The notes below the pieces were generated by a model. That model saw only the letters and a program-made list of their open reading frames with translations, was not told the origin of the DNA and did not search any database. Source: Octopus vulgaris (taxonomy: Eukaryota). Taken from it: 64,000 nucleotides of DNA. Position numbers and translations under genes: made by a program. This document shows positions 26,212 through 39,447 of this stretch, piece by piece. Positions within the stretch are counted from its first letter, which is position 1; the number at the start of each line of letters is the position of its first letter. The stretch lies in the NCBI GenBank assembly GCA_951406725.2, contig OX597816.1:177072001-177136000 (forward strand), in the 5' to 3' direction.

Positions 26212-26563
26212 GGAAGTGCAATGGCCCAGTGGTTAGGGCAGCGTACTCACGGTCGTAGGATCGCGGTTTCGATTCCCAGACCGGGCATTGTGAGTGTTTA
26301 TTGAGCGAAAACACCTAAAGCTTCATGAGGCTCCTGCAGGGGGTGGTGGTGAACCCTGCTGTACTCTTTCACCACAACTTTCTCTCACTCTTTCTTCCTG
26401 TTTCTGTTGTACCTGTATTTCAAAGGGCCAGCCTTGTCATACTCTGTGTCATGCTGAATCTCCTCGAGAACTATGTTAAGGGTACACGTGTCTGTGAGCA
26501 AGCTGTTCCGTTGATCGTATCAGCTGGGACCCTCATTGTCGTAACCGACGGAGTGCTCCTATA
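26212..26563 (+). mobile_element. SINE group A type 1 with internal deletion
   Basis: 13-bp TSD TATACATTAGAGT at 26199-26211 and 26564-26576. Confidence 0.92.
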
Positions 26564-27081
26564 TATACATTAGAGTTACACATTTTTTATATCCAACTCT
26601 TGTTCTGTAGGACTATTTTGACTCTAAGATGTTGAATTTTAAGAATCTGGAACAGATGGCACTGACTGCTCTTCTTGCATTATATGCTTATAGTAGCATC
26701 TTCTAGCACATTGGATATTTGTATTCTTAGAAATGTTCGAATAAAAGAACAATGGTTATGTCACTGGGATTTAACTTGAACAACAACTGGTTCAAGTTTC
26801 ATACCAAACTTTAGAGAAGTTTTGAATTAGTACAAAACTTAAATAAGCAGGCGAATAAATGTGTATGCTGTACACACACACATGCATGTACAATGAATCA
26901 CCAGTGTATCTATGTGATTAAGTTTGATTTGTAGTCACCTGGTTTTAAGTTCTGTCCCACTGCATAGCAGCTTTGACAAGTGTCTTCTGCACATAACCTT
27001 GGAATGACTAATGCTTTGCAAATGAAAGTTTGAAACACAATCTATGAAAACAACACATTATATATATATATATATATATAT

Positions 27082-27268
27082 GTACCAAATCCCAAAAAAT
27101 GAAGAACACAAAAAAAAAAACCCCAACAACGTGAGGACACTCAGGGAAGGAAAGAAAGATGGTTTAACATTTCGAGCAAAGCTCTTCTACAGAAACAGAG
27201 GAAAGTCCAATAGAAAAGGAAGACAGAGGAAAAAAATCACCAACGATTCACATGTGGATACATTTTGA
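27082..27268 (-). mobile_element. Short Penelope-like pseudo-LTR element abutting (TA)n
   Basis: Related to 61748-61865; contains a hammerhead-like motif. Confidence 0.6.
27162..27196 (-). ncRNA. Hammerhead-like motif with U at core position 6
   Basis: Minus strand GTTT-CTGTAGA-A-GAGC-TTT-GCTC-GAAATGT-T-AAAC: stems I and II perfect. Confidence 0.55.
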
Positions 27269-27871
27269 AAAAAGGTAAGAGAAGAAATAGAGCAACATTG
27301 CACAATTAGAAGTTGATCGTTAGTATTGAATGATCATAGTTTAATTATCGTTAAGATAACATTTACAGCTGTTTCAGTTTATTTTTGAGGTAAACTTGTG
27401 TTTATCTCGTTCCATGTAACAAACATCATCAGAATGATTTGAACTTTACCTGAGGAATATTGACAGATCGAAAGTTGAAAGGAGAAGAAAGGAAAAAAGA
27501 AAAGGAAAAGAAAAATGAAAAGGCCATTAGGTCTTTAGGCTTACATTTTTGTATCCTTAAAAGATGGCACGTGTGTGAACAGTTGCTTGAAGCAATTGTA
27601 CACACATATACACAAATCTGTCCCTGAAAGAATTGTTGGTTGTACAAATTCATTATTAAAACAAGTAATTTTTTTCTTTGTTTATTCGTAAGTATTTCTC
27701 TGTTGATGAAAACCATTTCATACATCCTCTTTTTAGAGACAAAAATGTTTTATATTTTCCGAAAATAAGGTCAAAATCTCAATGAATAAGATGTATCAGG
27801 GTGAAAATTTGAGAAAGGTCAATTTCCATATATGCAGTTGGGAGCACAAATTATACAAGTAATATTATCAA

Positions 27872-28254
27872 TTGTATTTTTTCTCCATTTTCAGAAATAA
27901 ATATCAGTGAATATTTTGGTAAATGATACTATGATGAGAGCCACAAGAGTTGTGTAAATTTTTGATGAACAGTGTGTTTGTGAGTGTGTAACAACATTCG
28001 GTATGTTTACCAAATACAGCTATACCACTTAGTTCCTTAATTGCTTTGGGGAAAATCATGAACAACACAACTCCTGTTCTTGTATCCTGTTGAATCAGTT
28101 AGGCTTGTTGTTCTGTTGCATATAATGATTATTTATTCACGTTGTTTTGAATTAATTATGATTTGAGATTTTGATGCTGTGTGTATATATTTTTCAAATG
28201 ACATTGTAGGATAGATGTGAGAGGCCGTATCTGGCTAGTTAGAACATAAGATAG
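27872..28254 (+). repeat. Donor of a local inverted duplication (unique DNA plus part of a family 2 MITE)
   Basis: Reverse complement present at 31716-32056. Confidence 0.92.
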
Positions 28255-28944
28255 GTAGAATATTTAGGATGGATATGGACGGTTTAAATGTTAAAAGGTT
28301 AAAACAAAAAAATCAAGTAATTTGCCATTTGCTTACTCACTGAAAAAGTGATAATTTGAGTGACACACTTAATCTATCATCCAATTTAACACCTGAACCT
28401 GGTTCTTAGGAAATACCTTTCTATTGCAAGGTCTGAAGAAGGAACTTCCTTCTTACCTCTCCTGCAAGGGCTGGAAACCTCAAAATGGGTCATGAGTATT
28501 TTCCTTTATCTTCTAATAAACCAAAACTTCTCATGCTTATTCACACTGAGATGGTTGGGAAAGGACTGAAACATTTGGTTCTTCACCTCTCATAGCCAGC
28601 ATTTGAACTTAGACTCTTTTTAGAACTCATTGAATTTGCTATTTATTCCATTAGCTTTGATCAGGTCAAATGAAAAATTATTTACTACTGGTAATATGTA
28701 AACCAGTACCACTGTTTCACGGTTAGGCTGCTTGGGACCAAACAACTAATACCACTCTAATACCACTCTAATGGTGGCAGGAGGAGGATGGATGGCCACC
28801 CTGAGAGAAAAAAATCCAAAACTATCCAATGGGCTTAGAAATAGAATACAACACTGCAGATTCCCTTGGTGTTTGTCTGTCTTTCAGATACACTGGCCTT
28901 ACTTTTCTTTTAACTCAGAGGGACTTGGGTGAGAAGAAACTCCT

Positions 28945-29155
28945 TTTAAACCGGCCATATCCGGCCAAAACTATTCTGCCTGTTTTATGTTCAAACTGGC
29001 CAGATCTGGTCTCTCACACCAACCCTACAATATCGTTTTAAAAATTAACAGCTATCTCATCAAAATCTCATAGCTACAAGATAATACCTGATTAGTTCAA
29101 AACAATGTGGATAAAAAAGGATTCATTTTGGCAGAATAATGTGAACACTAAAGGG
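28945..29155 (+). mobile_element. piggyBac-like MITE (family 2), left TIR lost
   Basis: Body match; AAAGGG|TTAA right end. Confidence 0.8.
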
Positions 29156-30342
29156 TTAAATATGAAGACCACCAGCAGTGTCTTAAATCAGTCCTGGCTA
29201 AGATTATCACCATCTCATTATGCATTGTTGGAAATAGCAGACACAGATCACTTGCACTAACTAGCTTGTGAGATAAATATTCACTATTACAAATAATATA
29301 ACGATGTATGCATTCAGAAAGGATAATACTACAACTGAAGCAATTTTAAAATAATCATTGCCACACTAATTATTTTTTATGTTGATTTGAATTTCCTTAA
29401 TTGCTCCAAATTAAAAAGCATAGGTTTCTGTTTCATATTATTCTTTAATCATTAGTCTTGCACTTTCAGAATGTTTACGACAACAGATTTATAGTTTCAC
29501 ACACTATACTGTTTCCCAAAACCAAATAACTTAGTATTACTTAACTCTCAGAATTCTATATTCATATTAATTTAATAAAAACTCCAACAAATCAAAGATA
29601 ATTTTAGTTATGATTAACTTCATAACAGATTAATTATGTAAAGCAAGAGAGTTGTACAGACCACAATGATATAGTTTCATTAAAATATTGTTAAATGCTT
29701 TGTTGTAGAACTGCGTTAATTTCAGGTCAAATAATTGACCAATTATAAAAGATAATTTACAAACTATCACATAGACGCAATCATGGCTGTTGCAGTTAAG
29801 AAGTTAGGGTCCCAGCCTCTTGGTTTCAGGTTTTCCCCCTCGATCACATTGCATTGTATCTGAAGTGTTTTTCACTGTAGTTTTGGGCTGATCAAATCCC
29901 TTGTGAGTGAGATTTGATAGACAGACACTGTGTGGAAGCCTGTTGTTTATTCATCATCATCATCGTTATTTTCACATCCACTTTTCCATGCTCGCATGGG
30001 TTGGATGGAATTATTAAGGCAGATTTCAATGCCTTTTGTTGTGTTAGCCCTCATCTGTTTCCAAGCAAGATGATATTTCCCCAGACATGTTTTCACAGAA
30101 TATTAGAAACAAATGACACTGATTATAGGACAGTGACACAAAGATACCCTCCTACATGTGTGTGTGTGTAATGGCTTCTTCCAGTTTCTGTCTGCTAAAT
30201 CTATTCATAAGGCTTTGGTTAACCTGGTGCTCTAGTAGAAGACACTTGCCCAAATGTGTGGTTGAGAAGCAAGTTTCTTAACCACAGTCATGCCTATCTA
30301 TACCTACTTATACACCTTTCTCCCTCCTCCTCCTCTCTCTCA

Positions 30343-30377
<35 letters not shown>

Positions 30378-30466
30378 GTGTATGTCCATGTGTGTACTGT
30401 CAAGACTGTAACTGAATAGTTTGAGAAACAAATTTTGATAAAATTGAAACAAGTGTTGGGGTAGAT

Positions 30467-30646
30467 CTCCTCTGGAAGCCATCTACTCATGATACCAGAG
30501 AGTGCACACTCTCCTACCCTGATGTAATCTCCAGGGATACAGGCATCCAGCAACAGGACCTCCGTAATGCTATGATGGACCGTGAAGTCTGGCGTAGCAT
30601 AGTAAATTCCATTGTCTCGACCACGGTCGAACAATGATGATGATGA
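30467..30646 (+). mobile_element. RTE-type LINE 3' end
   Basis: LLWKPSTHDTRECTLSYPDVISRDTG...AMMDREVWRSIV* then (TGA)n tail. Confidence 0.8.
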
Positions 30647-31547
30647 GATATATTTGATGAAATAAAAGAAATACCCTTGCAGGAGGAGTCCCAGTATGAC
30701 CACAACCAATGATAAATAAAAACCAGCAAAAGAATATCATTAAAAAAATTAAAGCATAACCATTTTAATACAGTAGTAAACTGTTTATTATTTAAAATGG
30801 ATATTCGATTAAATCAGACATAAGCTAATATTTTTTATTAAAAACAAATGTTTTTCAGTAATTTCATTTTGATTCCACACCTAATTCTCAGCTAAATACA
30901 TAGCTGCAGTAAAAGCATCCAGTTCTGAAAACAATTGCTCCATCAGAATGCATATGCATAACAGAAAACATCCCATATAAACTAGTGTGGTTATAAAAAA
31001 AAAGTAAAGCAGCAGTGATAAAAAGAATTAATAATTCAAGTATAAAATAGGAATAGAGCCTATTTTATTAACTTATTAATTAAATCATAATGAATCAATA
31101 GTTAACATTTTACATAAATTAAATTAATTGACTTCACCTCTGATGCAATATTTACATATGCTGTTTTTCATAAGCATAAGTGGTCAATATGGGATGGAAA
31201 AACTAAATGTTCTTCAGGGCTGAGAAGAACTTGATGCAGTTTGAAATAGAAGTTTGTTAATCATGCAAAACAAAAGAGAACTTTAATGTATTTCATTTTA
31301 CTAATAATTTAAACAAGGAAATCATCATCCTTCAATGTCCATTTTTTCAAGCTTGCAGAGGTAGGTTTTTTTCTATGGTCAGATGCCCTTCCTCTTTCCA
31401 AGAAAAGGAATATCCCCATGTCCAGTCATGCCTTTTGCAGAATTCTGAAAATAAATAACACTGCTTGTTTGGCTGTGGCACTCATTTACAACTACCACGT
31501 GATGCCAAAGCAAGGAGATAACACACAAACATACATATGTATGTAAG

Positions 31548-32115
31548 AGGTATCAGATGTAGAGTGCAACAGAGAAGACTGTTCTGATATGGTCAGATGT
31601 GTATGGATGAGGACAGCTGTGTAAAGCAGTACTGGTCTCTAACTGTGGAGAGAACCTGTGGGAGAATGGGATGAGATGGTAAAATATGATCTTCAGTTGT
31701 TGAGCCTCATGGAGGCTATTTTATGTTCTAACTAGCCAGATCTGGCCTCTCACATCTATCCTACAATGTCATTTGAAAAATATATACACACAGCATCAAA
31801 ATCTCAAATCATAATTAATTCAAAACAACGTGAATAAATAATCATTATATGCAATCAGTCTAACTGATTCAACAGGATACAAGAATAGGAGTTGTGTTGT
31901 TCATGATTTTCCCCAAAGCAATTAAGGAACTAAGTGGTATAGCTATATTTGGTAAACATACCCAATGTTGTTACACACTCACAAACACACTGTTCATAGA
32001 AAATTTACACAAAATATTCACTGATATTTATTTCTGAAAATGGAGAAAAGATACAAGTGACCAAGACTTCTGGCAATTTGTTGTGCTTGAGAAGACACGT
32101 CAAGCTAAGTGAATT
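31548..32115 (+). mobile_element. Decayed RTE C-terminal fragment split by an inverted duplication
   Basis: Flanks match the RTE family at 34330-34479 and 48437-48580; 31716-32056 is the inserted copy. Confidence 0.75.
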
Positions 32116-32122
32116 GTGTTGA

Positions 32123-32485
32123 TTGTAAGGGAAATAACTATATAAGCATTTTTAGAGATGTAAAGTATAATAGCCATCTCAATATGGCTAACCACAAAGG
32201 TTTTTACGTTCTGTAGCTTTTTACGTTCTGAGATTTAATAATAAACTTTTAGAGAGTTACTTCCCTTATATATGCCAAAAATGCATTAAAAATGGAAAAA
32301 ATTGATGGTAAATTTTTTTTAAATCGTAGACTCATCGTAGACGTGCGCTAATACCCAGAAGGGCTCGATATGAATCACGACTATAAGATACCTGGTTTTG
32401 GTTAAACTGCACCACCAAATGTGGGAGTAGTTAGGAATCTAAATCGTAGGAGACAGACAGCACACAACCTTACTTTTATATATAT
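32123..32485 (-). mobile_element. Helitron lacking its 3' hairpin and CTAG, with a different internal insert
   Basis: Shared body; extra ~90 bp at about 32158-32247. Confidence 0.8.
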
Positions 32486-33139
32486 CATATATTACAATAC
32501 ATTATAAACAATTCATTACGGTAGATTTAATTTTATAAATTTTAAACCCACAATCAATACAAACAGATACAATATTGTTCTTCTTCATACACACAAGTCC
32601 ATGCGTGTGGGCAACAAATAGAAGCAACATGTGCATATATATACATACGTTCAAATATACACTAATATCTATATAAGGATTTTTTCTTTACGTCACAGTT
32701 AAATTATACATATATGTATGTTTGTCCATCGAATTAATATGATTTCAGAGAATATTTTTATAGAATATTTCATAAAAAGAAAACATTTGTTAAGAAATAA
32801 TAGATTAGCTATAAGAGCCATGTTATATGTTGTATATTAATATTTTAGAATTTCAAAATTATTGGGGGTTAGGGAGCGATTATTTTTAATCATAAGCTAT
32901 ATCCAATTGGTTAACAAATTGGAATTTCTATGTCTCAGTTACGGTTAGTTAATAGAAGACCGAATGATTAAGTAAATATACCGTGTTAAACTCTCGTAAT
33001 TACAATGTATATTCTTAAATTAACTTTCAAATATTAATCGTAAACAAAGAATTCTTACAATAAGCAATACAAGTGTAATTTAATATATGAGAATTTATCT
33101 ACAAAATTTAATAAAGCATATAAAAATTCAACCATATGT

Positions 33140-33157
33140 TATATAGATTTTATATAT

Positions 33158-33233
<76 letters not shown>

Positions 33234-33382
33234 CATATGTACAGACACACACACACATATATATACATATACATATATATACACCCACGCACATATATAT
33301 AAATATACATGTATACATATATATTGATATATTCTTACACAAAGCCACAGATACATATATACAGTCATACCTAAAATATATG

Positions 33383-33432
<50 letters not shown>

Positions 33433-33886
33433 CACATACATTTATACATCAACATATCAACATATAAATCAATATATACAAACACATACATATCCACACA
33501 CTTATATACATTTAGGTCTCCAATTGAACAAATAAACTAATAATAAGTTAAATAATCATATACCCAATATTTTCATTAAATAAATAAATGAGAAGTTACC
33601 TATGTCTATAAATACATTTGTATAGACACAATACATTCTCCATACATACGATATTACTTGATATACATACATACCTATATATATCTCCACACATAATATA
33701 TATTTATATATACATATATATGCATATATAAATATACCCATACATTCACAAGCATATACATGTATGTACACACATTACATTCTTCCACACATGAGAATAC
33801 ATATGTACACTCAAAGAACCTCCATATACACATACATACAAATATACATATGTAAGCACATATTTACATACCACCCACACACACAT

Positions 33887-33979
<93 letters not shown>

Positions 33980-34147
33980 CTTATATACACATGTATACAT
34001 ACATACACATACATATTCAAAAGTAAATATATCCACACACATAAAAATACAACCATACATACTTGCGTGTACAGATAACCACACAGGTAATTATATACCC
34101 TAATTTAAATATATAAATACACATATATCTACATAAGTATAAACTAG

Positions 34148-34213
<66 letters not shown>

Positions 34214-34260
34214 CATATTTATATACATATATATATATACATATATACATATATATACAC
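33140..34260. repeat. Degenerate (TA)/(CA)/(TACA) microsatellite field
   Basis: Directly visible. Confidence 0.9.
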
Positions 34261-34329
34261 ATTCACCTACCTATAAGACTTAATATACATAATTAATAAC
34301 ATAAAACAATAACTAAAAACTTATACATA

Positions 34330-34734
34330 CATGTGACGAAAATGGATGAAGATAGTTGTGTGAAAAAGTGCCACACCCTAGCGGTTGAGAGAACCTGTGG
34401 AAGAGGCAGACCCAGGAAAACCTGGGATGAGGTGGTGAAGCACGACCTTCGAACTTTAGGTCTCACCGAGGAAATGACTTACACTCAGTCGAGTATGCAC
34501 ACTGACATTACACATCCATCCGATCATACTGGCTTCATTCCTTGCAAGCTTACGCCTGTCCTCAGCAGTCACAGCCCACATTTCGGTGCCATGCAGCGTG
34601 GCTGTTCGTACACGTGCGTCATACAGTCTACCTTTTACTCTGAGCGAGAGGCCCTTTGTCACTAGCAGAGGTAAGAGCTCTCTGAACTTTGCCCAGGCTA
34701 TTCTTATTCTAGCAGCTACACTTTCAGCGCACCC
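34330..34734. mobile_element. Rearranged RTE ORF fragment: two pieces joined tail-to-tail
   Basis: Plus 34330-34479 HVTKMDED..GRGRPRKTW..EEMT; minus 34480-34734 [28 protein letters not shown]. Confidence 0.85.
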
Positions 34735-34794
34735 ATATATATATACATACACACATCTATATGTATGTATACACACACACACACACATATATAT

Positions 34795-34851
<57 letters not shown>

Positions 34852-34864
34852 TCTATATATACAT

Positions 34865-34901
<37 letters not shown>

Positions 34902-35225
34902 TGTTTGTTTTTATGCCAAGTTATATATAAAAACAATTTAACATCAAACTGTTTGTTCGACAATTACAAAATGGCTGATGACAACTTTGGAATTATGGCT
35001 TACTAGCCTTCAGCTGTTTGACCAAGGTAAACTGGCCCAAGTCATTGCCCTATTTATGTGTGCACATATGTATGCTTAAGTATACAAAGACAAAATAAGT
35101 ACTCAATACATGTATCTGAACTGAGGTTCCACTCTATGAAGAATGAAATTACTTTGAGACATTTGCAGCAGTAATGGAGAGAAACCTCAGCTTTGGTTAA
35201 ATGAATACATACAGATGTATATGTA

Positions 35226-35305
<80 letters not shown>

Positions 35306-35312
<7 letters not shown>

Positions 35313-35625
35313 ATCACGTGACCGACCAGATGTGGTTACACATCGCTGGTCACAATGCGTTCGCATTGTTTTAGCCTTTGAATGACACCACCCCGCTGGC
35401 TAAGCGAGCAGGCCAACAGAAGAAGAAAGAGTGGGAGAAAGAGTGGTGAAAGAGTACACTTAAAAGCTCCACGAGGCTCCGGCAGGGGGTGGTGATCCCT
35501 GCTGGAGCCTCGTGGAGCTTTTAGGTGTTTTCGCTCAATAAACACGCACAACGCCCGGTCTGGGAATTGAAACCGCAATCCTCCGACCGCGAGTCCGCTG
35601 CCCTAACCACTGGGCCATTGCGCCT

Positions 35626-35629
<4 letters not shown>
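35306..35629 (-). mobile_element. SINE group A type 2 with internal fold-back
   Basis: Terminal palindrome TCACGTGATCACGTGA beside (TA)n; hairpin at 35461-35523. Confidence 0.9.
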
Positions 35630-35698
<69 letters not shown>

Positions 35699-35975
35699 TA
35701 GAGAGAGAGAGATAATAGATGTAAGCCTATGTATATATACACACACATACATATATTCAGCTATAAATAAGTGTGTCATATTTGTCTGTAACAAATGTTT
35801 CTGAGTGGAATGGTTGCACTGGTAACGCCTCTAGAATAATTTAGAATGTTTCAGTAGTAGGGTGTCAAATTCCAGCCACAAAATCACAGAGTTTCTTTAG
35901 TCCAGTGATGTGTCCCAAGAGAATATCATATTGTCAAACATAGGAAGCTTTCTGAAGATGTACCTCAAATTTTTC

Positions 35976-36013
<38 letters not shown>

Positions 36014-36846
36014 TACATACATACATTCATACACACATACACATAAACATTTATAGATATACATACATATATTCATACATGCATTCATACACACACACAC
36101 ACACACACATTCATGCTTCTAGGGTAGTGTCTAGAGAATGAATATGTATGGGTTCAATGAAGCCATGAACTAGCAGCCCTAGAAATGTTGATTTTTAAGT
36201 GACTGAATCAGTGACTAATGGTTGAATGCCAAAATTCTCTGCAAACACTCTTTAGTTATATGTGTGCGTGTGTGTAAAACTCTCATTAATTTTTCCATGT
36301 TTTTCCATGCTTGTATGGGATGGAGAAATATGTTGTTTGGGATATTGTTCTACAGGCAGATGCCCTTCCTGAAACTAACCCTTACAACCCTTCAGATAAG
36401 AGATCACTTACTTCACATGACTTCCATGGCACAAAGCATTCGTCAACAATTTATTGGTAAGAGAAACTGATAGCAACACCATGCACCATACTTTCGTATA
36501 AATAAGTGAAGGTGTAAACGCACGAGCACATTCCTGTATCTACACACAATGCACACAGATGCACACAGGTCTTCTTTTAGTTTCTCTCTATCCACCAAAT
36601 CTGATCACAAGGCTTTGGTTGGCCTAGTGATATAGTAGAAATTTGCTCAAGGTGCAGTACAGTGGGATTGAACTTAAAACTACATGGTAAGGAATCAAAC
36701 TTTCTCACCCCACTCTGCCACTAACATATACACAAACAATTTCTATTAATCAAGGTTGTTGAAGTGTCTGCACTAAGAAAGTTTCTCTCTGGAGAGCAAA
36801 CCTGAACAAGATTTAGTGATAAATTTATTTTACTAAATTCATCATT

Positions 36847-37236
36847 AGGCGCAGGAGTGGCTGTGTGGTAAGTAACTTGTTAACCAACCACATGATTCTG
36901 GGTTCAGTCCCACTGCGTGGCACCTTGTGCAAGTGTCTTCTACTATAGCCTCGGGCCAACCAAAGCCTTGTGAGTGGATTTGGTAGACGGAAACTGAAAG
37001 AAGCCTGTCGTCTATATGTATATATATATATGTTTGTGTGTCTGTATTTGTCCCCCTAGCATTGCTTGACAACCGATGCTGGTGTGTTTACGTTCCCATC
37101 ACTTAGCGGTTCGGCAAAAAGAGACCGATATAATAAGTACTGGGCTTACAAAGAATAAGTCCCGGGGTCAAGTTGCTCGATTAAAGGCGGTGCTCCAGCA
37201 TGGCCGCAGTCAAATGACTGAAACAAGTAAAAGAGT
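36847..37236 (+). mobile_element. SINE group Y
   Basis: Full body. Confidence 0.93.
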
Positions 37237-37298
37237 ATTATTTTCAAAGTTAATTAAAATGAAGTCAGAATTTTTTTTTAACAAAAATATGCTAACAC

Positions 37299-37697
37299 AG
37301 GTGCAGATATGGTTGGTCGTGTGGTAAGAAGTTTGCTTCTTAATCACATAGTTTTGAGTTCAGTCCCACTGCACAGCACCTTGGGCAAGTGTCTTCTACT
37401 ATAGCTCTGGGCCAACGAAAGCCTTGTGAGAGGATTTGGAAGATGGAAACTGAAAGAAGCCTGTAATGTGTGTGTGTGTGTGTGTGTTTGTCCCCCACCA
37501 CCATTTGACAACTGGTGCTGGTTTGTTTATATTCCTATAACTTAGCTGTTCAGCATTAGAGACCAATAAAATAATTACTAGGCTTAAACAAAACCAAAAT
37601 AAAGTACTGGGTTGATTATTTGTTTGACTAAATGCCTTGAGGTAGTGCCCCAGCATGGCAGCAGTCCAATGACTGAAATAAGTAAAAGATGAAAAGA
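37299..37697 (+). mobile_element. Older SINE group Y
   Basis: Diverged full body. Confidence 0.85.
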
Positions 37698-38832
37698 TAA
37701 CAAAAAAGGGTTAAATTTTTTCAGCACTTTCACAAACAAAGATATGGATGCAGGCTGTTTTGTCTTCTCATTAATAAAGAAGTAGGGGGATCAGAAAGCT
37801 TCAGTAATATTTTGATGGAGGGGAGAGGACCAAGTATTTATTAGTTTGAGAACTGCTGGGCAAGCCACACTAGTGTTTTTGATTATCTCATTCTGCATTT
37901 GCGAGAAATTTACTTTGTCAAGTCATCATATTTATTCTAAGATTTTTGCAATCTCGAGCACTACTGATGTGTATGTATACAGTCTTTTATCAAGAGCCTA
38001 TTATATAAAAGATATCATTCTACAACAGTATCTAAGTAGTTTTTTTCCCCCCCATTTTTTTGCTCTTTTTAATTATAATCATCAAATTATTTAATCATAA
38101 CTGTTTGTTTAGAAAAAAATATTTAATTATCCATGCAGTCATTCAAATAATAAAAATCAAAGAGAAATTTCTATTCTGCTATTACTTAAAGCTAAAACTT
38201 CCTTTTATCCTGCTGTGAGCATGCTGAGATATTTATCACAAATACATCTGTGGAAAAGGGACACTTAAAAAGCAGATGACATTACATATAAACAAGAAAA
38301 TCAGTGGCAATGTCAAGCATAGCATGACATGGTTGTTTCCCTGACTAACCATAGCACTTGTTTAAAACACATTGCAGACATTAAAAACTTATCTTCTACT
38401 ATTTTTTAACATTCAGTTTTAAAAAAAAGAAAGAGAGAGGTGAATCCTTAAAAATGAAAATCAAAAAAAAACCAAAAAAAAAACCAGGAACTGGGTGTAT
38501 TAAGAATAAAATTTAATATGAAATTAATTCTTATTTAATATGTATGTATATGCATGTGTATATATATGTTTATTTATATGTATATCTAAATGTATGTTTG
38601 TATATGTATATGAGTGTATGCATGTATATAGGCTCAATGTTTATATCTAAATCACAATGCTCTGATTCCAAACCCTCTATATGGCATCTTGGGATATGAG
38701 TTTAATGTATACACACACACACACAATGTGTGTGTGTGCATGTAAGCTTATTTCAATAAAACAATAAGACTAATTTTCTTTCCTTCAAGAACTTAAGTAA
38801 CTGAAAAATTATGCCAACCACACACGCACGCG

Positions 38833-38867
<35 letters not shown>

Positions 38868-38872
38868 GTTAC

Positions 38873-39103
38873 CTTGATGCTTTGTCTCTTTGATTCATAC
38901 TAATTCGAAATTTATCCAAGTCATTCTATTTTCACTGCTACGATACCAGAGAAAGCGTAGTTCAAATGAATTATTTTTGTGGTAAATTAGTGGAACAAAT
39001 CGAGAAGTTATAAACATTACAGGTGGAAGACTTGAACCATAAAATGATTCCATTGAGAGAAAATACCATAATTTCTGATATGAAAATGTATTCTTTTGAT
39101 GAA
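38873..39103 (-). other. Candidate 231-nt exon (UTR or start-codon exon)
   Basis: CTTTTTTCTTCTTCAG| acceptor and AAG|GTAACT donor; stops in all frames but ends with ATG..MNQRDKAS in phase 2. Confidence 0.3.
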
Positions 39104-39243
39104 CTGAAGAAGAAAAAAGTTTCTATGGGTTGGTTTGTATTGTAAAGATAACTGGTGAGGCAGCCAGTGCAGATATTGAAACACCTAAAGCAGTCACTGA
39201 AAAATTCTTTATTTATTATATATTAAAGGTTAAGAGATACAAA

Positions 39244-39287
<44 letters not shown>

Positions 39288-39447
39288 GAGCATTTTTCAG
39301 TTTTTGTCTACCAAACCCACTCACAAGGATCTTGTTCAATCAAAGAGATACTTGCTCAAGGTAATATGCAATGGAACTGAACTTGGAACCATATGTTGGG
39401 AAATTGAACCTCTTAGCTGCACAGCCATGCCTGTACCTATATATATA

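Noticed and set aside
28542-28578. Hammerhead-like CTGAGATGGTT..GACTGAAAC
   Set aside because: Core is one base short and stem I is unconvincing; not supportable from one copy
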